The notes beneath the pieces were generated by a model, which saw only the letters and a program-made list of their open reading frames with translations, did no database searches and had not been told where the DNA came from. A stretch of DNA of 61,115 bases, counting the filler. It is 7 parts of 7 records of this genome, joined end to end, with 100 filler letters (N's around TTAATTAATTAA, not from the genome) between each part and the next. Parts side by side here need not be neighbours in the genome. Positions count along the whole stretch, not along the records: positions 1 to 8,754 come from SRR7504441_11293; positions 8,855 to 22,982 come from SRR7504441_11296; 5 more parts are not named here. The stretch is one strand, 5' to 3'. Below are positions 1-10,378 of the stretch, in pieces. Positions within the stretch are counted from its first letter, which is position 1, and each line of letters begins with the position of its first letter. A program made the position numbers and the translations under genes.

Positions 1-2
1 CA

Positions 3-170
3 GCTAGACAGCGGGCAGCTGAGGAAGCGATGATCCGGCAAGCTCGAGAGCAAGAGCAGACCGAGGAACTTGGGCAGAAGGCATGGCTGAGGCATCAATA
101 CCCCCACGGGCATCCGGGGCGTCACACCTTTGCTCGAGAGGGAATCTTTGACTCGCGAGTTTCGTGGTGA
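3..170 (+). CDS. 3' end of an unknown gene (partial, runs off window start)
   Basis: Open frame ARQRAAEEAMIRQAREQEQTEELGQKAW...RVSW ending TGA at 168-170, followed by an AT-rich spacer. Confidence 0.45.
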   Translation, partial: ARQRAAEEAMIRQAREQEQTEELGQKAWLRHQYPHGHPGRHTFAREGIFDSRVSW

Positions 171-445
171 ACAATTAGTGAACAATGTGATTCCATTTTA
201 TCATGCATGACGCGTGGCTAGCGCAAGGCGTCCCCATTGTTAAATAAAATTTTATACTATGATTACGAGTATACATGTACTCTGATTAATTAGCTCTAGG
301 TCATATAAGTACATGCACTGTATACACCATATTTAATGCTTAGTTTAGATCATCATACAAGTACTACACCCATTGCAAGTGCTCACCTGCCCGAGGGTAC
401 ATGTATGGAGGGACTTCAAAGGTACCACGACTAGTGCTCAGTCGG

Positions 446-3400
446 TTAGAAATCGTCGCCGGCCTCTTCCTCTTCGAAGTCGGATACATCATAAGCCTCT
501 TCTCGGCTCGTGTCAGGATCCTCAGCGGCAGCCGGCTCAGCCGCCTTCACAGGCTCGGCGTAGGCGACCACGTGGACTGGCTTGAGCTTACTGGCCACTA
601 ACTGGACAAACTTCAGAAAGCACCGCGGGAACATTTCTGCCTCAGCACTGAGCAGCCCACCCAGCACCCAGTTCACAAACTCGGCTTGCTGCACCGTGCC
701 CTCATCCGCCAGCCACTCGCCCGCCGCTGCCAGCCGCTGTTGCTTGTCTGCCTCAGCCCCGCAGAACACAGTCACAATCGAGTTGAGCCGGCCAATCTCG
801 ACACGCTCGGCGCCAAATTTGAGAGCAAACCCCATCTCCAGGATGCTTGATACGAACTCACGGAAGCAGCTGAGCGAAATCTTTCGACCTTTGACCAGCG
901 ACTGCACCTTGTCGCTCGACTGCTTGCCCCATGCGCACACAGCCGTGCCGATCTTGGCTATCGAGTCCGGGAACCCTGGCCCAGGTAGCACTTCTTCGCC
1001 GTCCTCTTGCTGAGTCGGGCCCATTGATTCAAACAGCCGGCGCACACACGCCGTCACTGCCTCCTCCCGTCGAGCTTCTGGCTCTTCGTCCCGTTGAGCT
1101 TCTGGCTCTTCCTCCCCGACGCACTCAAACGACACCCTATCCGAATAGCCCTCACCCGTGACAGTTGCCTCACGAGTCTGCTCCACGTGCTCAGTCTGCT
1201 CCTCCGGCTCCGGCCAGGGCTGTAGCTCGGCCAGGCTTGTGAGCACCTCGGGCCTCGCCTGGCGCTCGCTTGCCTCTGCCCACACAGCCTCTTCCGACGC
1301 TTCCGGTTCTTCTTCCTCTGGCGCAACAGGCATCTCCTCGCCCACAGATGCTACAGCAGGAGCCTTCTCCTCAGCCGTCGGCTCAGGCACAGCCTCGACC
1401 ACCACTCTATGAGAATAGCCGTGGCCGGTCTCGACAGCCTCCTCAACTCGCGGAGCGGCGACCAGCTCGAGTGCGTCCTCGGCTTGTTTGACCTCCGCCG
1501 ACACCTTATTCCGCCAGTCTGTGCCTTGATCGTGTGACGGGCTGGAATCCCTGGACGAGTCCGGTTGCCACTGCGGCTGCACTTGCACTTCCATCGGCTC
1601 GGGCTGGTGGACAAGGGGGCTGCCCGCATCCCACGGCCGAGGGGCCAGCTCACGGTACTGCGGGCTTGCAGCTCGTGCTGGCAGCTGCTCCTCATCGAGC
1701 TGCGGACTCGCAGCCGGGACGGGCGGCTGCTCCGGCAGCTCTGTGCTGAGCATGGTGTCTGCATACCCACTGATTGTCTCAAGAAGCTGCTCGGCCGCTC
1801 CCTCGAGCAACTCGTCCACCAGGCTCTGACTGACCATCTCCACAAGCTCCCACGGCTGCACTCCACACTCGCGGAAGCTGGCCGCACTGCTCACCAGCTG
1901 CTCCTTATACAACATCCGGTAGCTCTGCAGCCGTCTGTCCGCATCGGGACTAGCAGCCCTCTTCGGCTGGCTGTGTGCTGACCCAACCTGTAGCTTGCTC
2001 TTGATTGGCTCAGGAGGACTCACGCTCTGGTATCCGCAGGCCAGTCGGCGCTCGATCGAGCTGGCCAAGTCGTCGAATTGATCCATGCTAGCGGCCACCT
2101 CGGCCGCTATCTCGGCATCAGTCCTGCACTGTTCGGCTTGCGCCTGGGCCGAGCTCTGCTGGTCCTCGTGTCTGTTGAGCATCTGGGCTGTCTCGTCCAA
2201 GATTTCGTCAATGATCAGCTCGGCCAGCTCCGGCGCGTGCTGCATAATCATAGTGCCCGACAGCTTGGACAGCTGCTTGAGCAGAGGGACGCTGTTCACG
2301 TAGTGACTCCCTGCCACCATCGCCATGCTTTTCTCGGTCGCCTCGAGGATTGGCATCAGCCTCGCCTGGAACGAGGCAAGGCACGCCTCAGCCTCGAACA
2401 TCGCCGCATTCGGCCCCGGGGCCGAGTCGTTTGGCTGGTGCGCGGCCCGCGCCGCTGCTGCCGCCAGTCTGTGCTGACCAAGGGTCTGTGCAAATTTACT
2501 TCCCCCCGGCTGAGATCCAGCCCCGTGATCGTGCTTGATCGCGTCCGTGTACTGCTGCTGGCTCGGCGGCTCCGCCGCAAGCGCCTGCATCACGGTAGCG
2601 GCCTCCGAGACCGAAGCTCCTTGCGGATGGACGGCCGGCTTCGGCTCCACGCTTGACTTACCTTCGGCTAGCCGCTCGAACGACCGGCGTCTGGATCGGT
2701 GGCCGGACCGCGGCCTCGGGCGAGACCCGCCGCCACTCGGCTGCGGCTCGCGCGCGGCTGACGCCTTAGCCGGCGACCAGCCTTGTGCGCCGCCCGGCCT
2801 GTGCGTCCGTTTCATCATCTGCGGTGCGCTCAGCTCCGGCACAGCCAGGGTAGGCACCACTCGCTTAATCCGAGGCGGGTCGCGCGCAGAGGCTTCGAGC
2901 TCGCGCCAATCATTGCTCAATTTCTCCACCTGCAGCCGGCTCGGTCAGCCGTGCATGCCTGGCGCCGAACGTGTTCTTTGAGTTGGCGGGTGCTTGGCGG
3001 GCCGCGTACCGCCTGCTCCTCGGCAAGCCGGGCAGGCCGGCGCGGCGCGTGCACACTCTGCCGCACCATCCCGGCCATCGTGCTGGCCACCTGATCCGAA
3101 GACTGCCCGCCTGGCTCAGCCGAGACACGGGGGGGCCGCACCGAGAACCGCCCGGATCCCATCAGCTGCGCCAGTTTGCCGGCTGCCGACTCGCGAGTGG
3201 CAGATTGGCGGCTCGAGGCACGCAGCTTGGCGGTGAGCGCCACGTGGTCGCGCTGACTGGCTTTGGTGATCCCCCGCTGCTCCGAGAGAACATTCCGCAT
3301 GCTGCGGTCCTGCCCTGCCAGCTCGGGCCGGCCGGCCCGGCGCTGACCTGCTGCTGGGCGGCTCCGGCCGGGTGGAGCGCCCGTTGGATCTCCTGCCGGG

Positions 3401-3605
3401 CGAGCTGGCTGAGATGGTCCAGTCGGCGCGCCTTGTCCTGCACAGCGGGACCGCCCGAGCCCCCGGCCAGTACCCCACCGGCGGCCGGGCGCGGACCGCG
3501 GGCCGGGGCGGTCCGGTTGCGCGGGTCGCGGGGGAGGCGGGTGAAGTGCTCCTCGAACAGCCCCGGCACCTGCGTGTCGCCGTCCCACTCGCGCCTTCGG
3601 GCCAT
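446..3605 (-). CDS. Large acidic/coiled-coil protein with a Moonraker (KIAA0753)-like motif; multi-exon
   Basis: ATG at 3605 (MARRREWD). GT-AG intron 2930-2970 with CTGAC branch joins to ORF 446-2929. Segment QPWELVEMVSQSLVDELLEGAAEQL...YADTMLSTEL resembles the Moonraker C-terminal motif as recalled. Confidence 0.55.
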
Positions 3606-3696
3606 ATCGCGCAGCGAGCTTGCTCTCAAGGATCCATACAATGATTTCGATTTCCAACGGAACAACACACCGGTCGCGCTCATCTCCGGTCCAGGA

Positions 3697-4249
3697 ATGC
3701 CTCTGGTGCGCCCAACCCTACCGCGTGCCCCCTCCGCGCCACGCGCCCGGCTGTCTGGTGTGCCCGGGCTGACTGGGAGCGGCAGTTCATCACCCCGGAG
3801 AAGGCGGACTACACCCGGAAGGACACGGGCGAACTCCGCAAGAACTACCTCTCGACCTGCCTGCAGGCCCATCTCAAGACTACCTCGGTGGAGGTGCAGG
3901 ACGCCCCGAGCCACGTCCCGAGCTTCATGGTCGACCCCGAGGCCCCGGCCTCCGAGCGGAACAAGGCGGACCACCCGATGCTCCGGTTCCCCAACGGATA
4001 TTCGGTCTCGGACTGCCGGGAGGTGTCGTACGATCCTAATACGTTCATCTCCAAGATGGAGAAGGCGTACATTCTAGACGGGGTGCCGGTCAAGACCTTT
4101 GCCTGGGCCGACATGCGCACGCTGCAGGGTGGGCCGGTGGGGTAGGCCGGGGCGAGCTGGCGGCAGGGGAGGCGTACTGTGTGATCGAGGAGGAGCGAAT
4201 CGAGGAGACCGACTACCGGATGCTGAACGGGGTCACGTTTGACGACTGA
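3697..4249 (+). CDS. Small hypothetical protein (~144 aa), 3 exons
   Basis: ATG CCT CTG, intron 3706-3785, exon FITPEKADY...MRTLQ, intron 4129-4166, last exon EAYCVIEEE...TFDD-TGA. Splicing restores one frame. Confidence 0.65.
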
Positions 4250-4385
4250 GCGCCTGGTACCGATTATAGATATAGAACTTAGTCGCGTAGAGTCTAAGCT
4301 GTATTAGATGAATTACATGTACTGCGTAGTGCCGCAGCCAGCAGGTACGCAGTACTCGTACGTACCGTACGGAGCTGTTGCGCCA

Positions 4386-4436
4386 CCGAGCTGCCATTAA
4401 ATGCCACGCCGAGCTGCCATTAAATGCCACGCCGAG
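4386..4436. repeat. Tandem duplication of a 23-nt unit (CCGAGCTGCCATTAAATGCCACG x2 plus partial)
   Basis: Exact direct repeat in the intergenic spacer. Confidence 0.85.
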
Positions 4437-4526
4437 GGCGGAGCGTGTATCAAACTGCATGTGAGATGATTTAATCCATGTTTTGAATAATCAAAGCCCA
4501 TGAGAACAATTGTCCCGATCTCTTAA

Positions 4527-5408
4527 TTAGTCGGTTTTCTTCGTCGTGGGGGGCACGTCTCGCACAGCCAACTCGCCGGGATGACACAACGGCGCGTTCT
4601 TCCACACACAGTACAAGTAAGCAATAAAGTTGATGTACTCGAACAGTGTCATACCGATCAGGAACGTGAACGCGTCTGCACCCAAGTGCTCCTCTAGATG
4701 CCTGACAGTTGTGTCTCTGCTAGTGTCAAGCCCATCCATCCACCCAACCCATTCCCGAATGAGACTCACTTTGGTTACCAGATTGAAAATCAAGAATGCC
4801 CCGAAATAAAATGAGACAAACCACTTGAGCTGCGAGCTGTAGTGCCCGTGATCCAGCCAGACTGTAAATACCTCGACAATATTAAAGCCAAACAGAGTGA
4901 ACGCGGTCAGCTCGTGGATGCCTGAAAACGTGGGGCCATACATCACGTAGGACGCCTTGTTGGGGTACAGCTGCCGGAACCCTGTGAAGAGGCAGGCGAG
5001 ACTGATCCAGAAGTAGAGATTGACCAGCGTGCGCTTGTACGTTGCCTCGACCGGCATGCAATCCAATTTGAAGTTCCGAATGGCCAGGAACGCATTGATA
5101 AACAGCGCCCAGCGAAAGAGCCACATCGACCACATCTCGATATCACGGTAGTTCATGAGGAGAGAAATCAGAAACCCGCCGCGCCCGCCGCCTTCGAACG
5201 AGTCAAAGGAGTCGCGATCCGGTTGGATGGACGCCTGGTGCATCCAGACATCGTAGTCACCGAGCACTCGGTGCAGTATGGTGCTGCCGCAGCTGAATCT
5301 TGTGGGCGAGTCGTTGAATGCCGTCATCGCTGTTGCAAACATGAGCGCGGTGACGGGCCAAAGCACGAGGTCCCGCGTGCGCCGCTGCTTCCACCAACTT
5401 GGCTCCAT
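4527..5408 (-). CDS. Multi-pass membrane protein, possibly Frag1/DRAM/Sfk1-like
   Basis: Several hydrophobic helices, with IHELTAFTLF and LFEY segments at positions typical of that family. Likely start MEPSWW. Confidence 0.5.
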   Translation of the reverse strand: MEPSWWKQRRTRDLVLWPVTALMFATAMTAFNDSPTRFSCGSTILHRVLGDYDVWMHQASIQPDRDSFDSFEGGGRGGFLISLLMNYRDIEMWSMWLFRWALFINAFLAIRNFKLDCMPVEATYKRTLVNLYFWISLACLFTGFRQLYPNKASYVMYGPTFSGIHELTAFTLFGFNIVEVFTVWLDHGHYSSQLKWFVSFYFGAFLIFNLVTKVSLIREWVGWMDGLDTSRDTTVRHLEEHLGADAFTFLIGMTLFEYINFIAYLYCVWKNAPLCHPGELAVRDVPPTTKKTD

Positions 5409-5748
5409 GTGACGGCTGCGGTTATTCCGGGCAGGCTCAACGGGCTCACCGGCGATCCGGTCGGTGTTCGGACCCGGCCAGAGATATGCCGGCGGTAACG
5501 TACTTCTGGCTGTCTGGCAGGACCTGGATGGCAGTTGCAATGGTGTGGCCTATTGTATCACCTAATTGCTTACAAGTCAGTTCATTGTTATAGTTGCGGA
5601 TAGAGCTTGTACTGAGTTCCCTACTCTCACGAGTGTTTACGAAGTCATGTGTGTGCTAATGGCTTTAGATACCCAATAATTAACCAGTAATTAACTTACC
5701 AATTGCAGGCGCCACTGACATACGACTAGACAGTGATCAGACGTAAAG

Positions 5749-7165
5749 TTACCGCGGTCTAAAAGTATCGAACCTGCGCAGCGATAGCACCGTCACCGCA
5801 TCGACCGGCGCCCCCTCGAACTCTCGCACAGGCCGGCCAGTCACGACCCTCTGCAGCACCGCCGCCGAGCCACAGGCGAGCTTCCAGCCGTACTGCCCGT
5901 GGCCTGTGTTCACAAACAAGTTCGTTAACTGTGTCCGCGAGACAATTGGCAAATCGTCCGCACTCTGCGGCCGCCCCCCGCACTGCACCCACGCTTCAGA
6001 CGAGTCGACCGCTTCGGATAGGCCAGGGTACCACAGTTTGATTCGGTCGCGCAGCTGCTCGACTGTGGCTGGATCCTGGCAGCTTTCCTCCCATCCGCTG
6101 AGCTCAGCCATTGAAGAGAACCGGACTGTGTCGTTGATTCGCGTGGCATACAGGTGGGACGGCTCCAGGATTAGTAACCGCTCCGGGGCGAGCTGCCCAG
6201 GTGGCACGTCCACTGTAATCGAATAACCCTTAATCGGGTAGATTGGCAGCGTCACCCCGGCTCCGCTGGCCAGCCGCTCTGACCCACACCCAGCACACAG
6301 CACCACCGGCCCCTCGAGCGGCTGAGTGATGCCATCGCCATCAACCCACCCTACCACCTCGCCGGCCTCGATCACGAGACTCTTCACGGCCGACCCGAGC
6401 ACAAACTTGGCCCCAAACCGCCGGGTGCACGCTCGGGCCAGCCGCTCAGTAAACTCGCGGCAGCTTCCGAATTTGTCCTGCGCGTGCCGAACCCCTCCAC
6501 AGAGCCGTGGGGCCACGCCACTCAGTACTGGCTCAGCTTGTACCAACTCCTCCACAGTGAGCGGCTCACCCCCGGCCCGGACCGCCCGCTCGAGGGGCAC
6601 AGGGTCGGCGCAAGCCACCACAGCCCCGTCGCCGCAGAAGAACTGTATGCCCTCGGCTGCCGCTACGGCCTCGGTCTGATCGATGCTAAATGGCACGAAT
6701 TGCTCATAAAACCTGCTTGCGGTGTCAGCCCGACGGTCAGACCAGACCGCCCGGAGGTACTGCAAGCAGAACCGCCGGCCGGCCGGGTCGGCGAGCAGGC
6801 TGGGCCAGCTCACTTTGTACACCGAGTCTGACCGCACAGAGCCGAGGAGCAGTGCCTGCAGCGCGGCCGGGGTGGCGATGTGCCCGCAGGAGGACGACCG
6901 CAGGGCCCCGGCATTGACCGATGACGTCCCAGCGCAAACATCCGGGCTGCCCACCCCCTGGTGAGCGCGCAGCGAGCCCAGGGAAGGCGCACCGAGCTTC
7001 GAGGATAGTGACCTCGTAGCCGGCCCGTCCGAGGGCGTAGGCGGACGTCACGCCCACCACCCCGGCTCCAATCACCGTCGCTCTGGGCCGTCGCTCGGCT
7101 TGAGTCGGGGTGATTGTCCCGAGGAGAGCCACTGCAGCTCCTCCAACCGGCAGACGCCGCCCCAT
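5749..7165 (-). CDS. dadA: FAD-dependent D-amino acid dehydrogenase/oxidase (DadA-like)
   Basis: VIGAGVVGVTSAY FAD motif, GTSSVNAG, LPIYPIKGYS, CGGRPQSADDLP, FVNTGHGQYGWKLACGSA. Intron 6947-6992 joins the two ORFs. Confidence 0.85.
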
Positions 7166-7221
7166 TGCAAATCCGTTACTCGCCGACGAGTGCAGGCCCT
7201 GCACGCTCGAGGTCGCCGGGC

Positions 7222-8751
7222 ATGAGTGCCGCCGACTGGACCCGGTGCATCCTTGTCGGGGCGGGCGCCACGTCCCTCGCCGCGGTGGTGGCGGTGGTTA
7301 GCCTTTTGCGGGCGATCCACCGCTCGGTGGGCCTGGCACCACCGACGGAGGCACAGCTGGCGGAGGAGGACATGGACGCCAGCGCCGTCTTCCGGGCGAT
7401 GCCGGAGCTTAAGGGAAAGGTGGCCTTCCGCCAGCTGGGCGAGTTTCCGACGCCGATCCACTGGGGCAGCATGCCCGCGGGTGCTGGCGGCGGTTCGGAC
7501 GGCGCGGTTTGTTTCATGGTCAAGAGGGAGGACCTGGCCTCGCCGCTTTACGGGGGCAACAAGGTGCGGACCATGCAGCACCAGCTCGCCGTCTGCGAGG
7601 CCCGGGCCGAACACGGCACCTGCCAACGGATGGTGGTCACCGGCACTGGCGGGAGCAATCAGATGGTCGCAGCAACTGTGCATGGGAGCCGGTATCCTCG
7701 GGTGCCGAAAGTGTCAGCGATGTGGTTCGATGAAGACCTGCCGGAGCTGGACAACAGCTTGAACATGCTCTCCGTCCTGAGCTTCCCGCTGGCTGGATGG
7801 GCCACCTGGGGCTGGGGTGGCGGGATGGGCGTGATGGTTGCCGCTGTTGGCCGCGCCCTCTGGACCGGCAACAGCATCATCCAGCTGCCCGGCGGCAACA
7901 GTCCGGCTGGCGTGCTAGGGCAGGTCGGAGGCGCCTTGGAGCTGGCCGAGCAAATCGTGGCCGGCCGCGCCAACGGCACCGATGTCGATGTGATTTACCT
8001 CCCCGTCGGGTCCTCCTGCACTATCTCCGGGCTCGTCATCGGGGTCGCGTTTGCTCGGGACGTGCTCAAGATGCCGGTATTCCAGCACCCAGGCTTCGAG
8101 ATCGTTGGCGTGCCCATCCACCACGCGCTGGCTGCAGCGCAGCGCCTTGTTGGGTTCAGCACAGCCCGGTGGGCGTCGATGATGCCTCTAACGCTGCAGC
8201 ACACGGTGCGATCCACCTGCGCGGCGATTGCGGCGGCCGGCGGGCCCTCACTAGAAGCGGCGGCCCTCAAGGTGCTGGAGCAGCAGGTGCGTTTAGAAGC
8301 GGATTCAGAGGTAGTGGGCACCTATGGAGGGCACTCAGCGCTCAGTCGGGCCACGGCGGACGCCTTTGAAGCGCACGGGACTGTCTGTACGACCGGTCCA
8401 AACGGCCGCGAGGAGCAAGAGGCGACGCCCCTGTGGCTCTGCGGGCACTTTTGCGCTAAGGCCTTTCACGTCATGCTTCGAGAGCAGCGGCGGGAGGCGG
8501 CAGCTCAGCCAGCGGCGGTGCCGCGGAGAGCGCTGTTCTGGCAAACCAAGTCGGCAGTCCAGCCGCTCCTGGGCGGGCAGGACGGCGGGCAGGACGAGTT
8601 GGAGCGCCTGAAGGCGATGCCCGCGGCTGTGCGGCGCTGGGCAGAGAAGGGCGAAGCAACCTCCGGGCTGCGCCCTGGCAAGATCGACTCGGGGCCAAGC
8701 GGCAAGCCTGCTGACTACCGGTCTGTGATGGTGCAAGTCAAGACCCGGTAA
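7222..8751 (+). CDS. PLP enzyme of the D-cysteine desulfhydrase / ACC deaminase family
   Basis: LGEFPTPI, VKREDLASPLYGGNKVR (PLP lysine), GSNQ, LPGGNSPAG, VGSSCT loop, N-terminal hydrophobic segment. Confidence 0.82.
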   Translation: MSAADWTRCILVGAGATSLAAVVAVVSLLRAIHRSVGLAPPTEAQLAEEDMDASAVFRAMPELKGKVAFRQLGEFPTPIHWGSMPAGAGGGSDGAVCFMVKREDLASPLYGGNKVRTMQHQLAVCEARAEHGTCQRMVVTGTGGSNQMVAATVHGSRYPRVPKVSAMWFDEDLPELDNSLNMLSVLSFPLAGWATWGWGGGMGVMVAAVGRALWTGNSIIQLPGGNSPAGVLGQVGGALELAEQIVAGRANGTDVDVIYLPVGSSCTISGLVIGVAFARDVLKMPVFQHPGFEIVGVPIHHALAAAQRLVGFSTARWASMMPLTLQHTVRSTCAAIAAAGGPSLEAAALKVLEQQVRLEADSEVVGTYGGHSALSRATADAFEAHGTVCTTGPNGREEQEATPLWLCGHFCAKAFHVMLREQRREAAAQPAAVPRRALFWQTKSAVQPLLGGQDGGQDELERLKAMPAAVRRWAEKGEATSGLRPGKIDSGPSGKPADYRSVMVQVKTR

Positions 8752-8754
8752 AGA

Positions 8755-8854
8755 NNNNNNNNNNNNNNNNNNNNNNNNNNNNNNNNNNNNNNNNNNNNTT
8801 AATTAATTAANNNNNNNNNNNNNNNNNNNNNNNNNNNNNNNNNNNNNNNNNNNN
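8755..8854. other. Artificial contig-joining spacer
   Basis: 100-nt N-run with central TTAATTAATTAA (stops in all frames). Confidence 0.97.
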
Positions 8855-8955
8855 CCTCGTCGTCCAGCTCACTCCCGATATATCGCTGACCAGCTCGCCG
8901 ACCAGCTCCATCCCGATGGTCCGCCTGGATAGGTACTCTCGCAAATTTGGTTAAA

Positions 8956-10270
8956 TTACAATTGATCTCCATGAACCTTATGATTCATGCGGGCAAATCC
9001 CATCGTGCCCTGAGCAAACTCCGTCACACCTCGCTTGTACACCCTTTCTAGAAATGCACTCGGCGCCCGGCCCTGGCGATGCCCATCATCTTCAACAGGA
9101 TCCGACACCCCCAGTGCTGCTCCGACTCTGCTGACCATCTCGCTCGTGAGCTTGTCGTCAGCCACATCTAGATCTTGCGCACCAACTGAGACCGGTGTGC
9201 TGAGCCGCGTCTGCCAGTCATGGACAAACCGCTGCGATGTGGGGCGGCTGTCAGCAGTGGGGTGTATCGTGAGCCACAGACTGCACATCTCACCATCAGT
9301 CATTCCATACCCGACCCACTCAGTCTCTCCCGAGGTGTCGTATCGACACTTGAGGTGGACGTGGTCGTTAGGGCCTATAGAGCCACACGTGGTCGACATC
9401 GAATCGCCATCGCACGCATACATCATGCATCCATTTGAAGTCACAACTGAACAGGCCAGATTAATGGGCCCGTCGCCTTTTCCATCGCCGTCCACCGAAA
9501 ACACAGTGGCTGGTGCCCCGGCTCGCTCAATCATAACGGACGCCCCGGTGCCTTTCGAGTGAAAGTGGACCCAGATATCCTTGAGAAGCATCCTCTCCGC
9601 ACCCTTGTACTGCCACGAGTCTGCTATTTGAACTAGCGGCTTTGCAGGCGGCAGCGCGAGCACGCTAATGTCCAGCACGTGCCTCTCTCTGGCCCCCGGT
9701 GGCTCCTGGTCGGTAAGGTGTACCTCACAGCCCGAATGGTCGGCCGATGCGCTCTGGGTGCTGTAGTGTACCTCGCAAGCAAGGAAGCCGCCTCCGCGGA
9801 CGGCTGAACCTTTGACCAGCCAGCCATCGAACGGGTCGCCTCCCTCAGCCACGCACGGGAGTCCTTTGTACGGCTGGGCACTGCAGGCAGCACCGACTCA
9901 GGCGATGGCAACAGGAGCACGGGCTTGTTCAATGGAACCTTTTGGCGGGGGCGTTCCCAGGGCAGTGGAAGAGCACAATGTGGTGGACAGTGTCTTGGTC
10001 CTCGCCAACCTTCCGCAGCCGCTCGACGTACAACTTGGGCCTTCCCGCGGGGAGCTGGCCGGCCACGTGCAGCCGGGCCCCGTCGGTGAGAGCACCACTC
10101 ACCCCTGGCATTGTGAGTTGCATCAGCCAGGGGGGCGAGGGGGGGGCCTCCGTCTCCTGCCACGCGGACTCTGGCACCAGCGTGTCCCGCTCGGCAGCGC
10201 TCTCGGGTCCCTCCCGGCCGTTGGAGATGCTCACGGCCAGCAGCAAGGCGGCCAGCCGGCAGGTCAGCAT
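8956..10270 (-). CDS. Secreted copper type II ascorbate-dependent monooxygenase (PHM/DBH-like)
   Basis: Signal-like N-terminus. Copper-ligand motifs VHHIVLF, EVHY, VHFH and GEMC. Intron 9881-9938. Confidence 0.8.
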
Positions 10271-10378
10271 GTAGACAGCGAGGCCGCTCGTGGTCGTCCT
10301 GGCCTCCAGCGTATTATTATTTCGGTTGGTGCTACCTTCCCAACGTCAAATGGCGAATTTCTAGATTCTGCCAGGAAA

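Noticed and set aside
4386-4436. 23-nt direct repeat as a CRISPR array
   Set aside because: Two abutting copies with no spacers or cas genes, in a eukaryotic context
5749-8751. Bacterial contamination
   Set aside because: The DadA-like gene has a host-type intron and shares a contig with intron-containing eukaryotic genes
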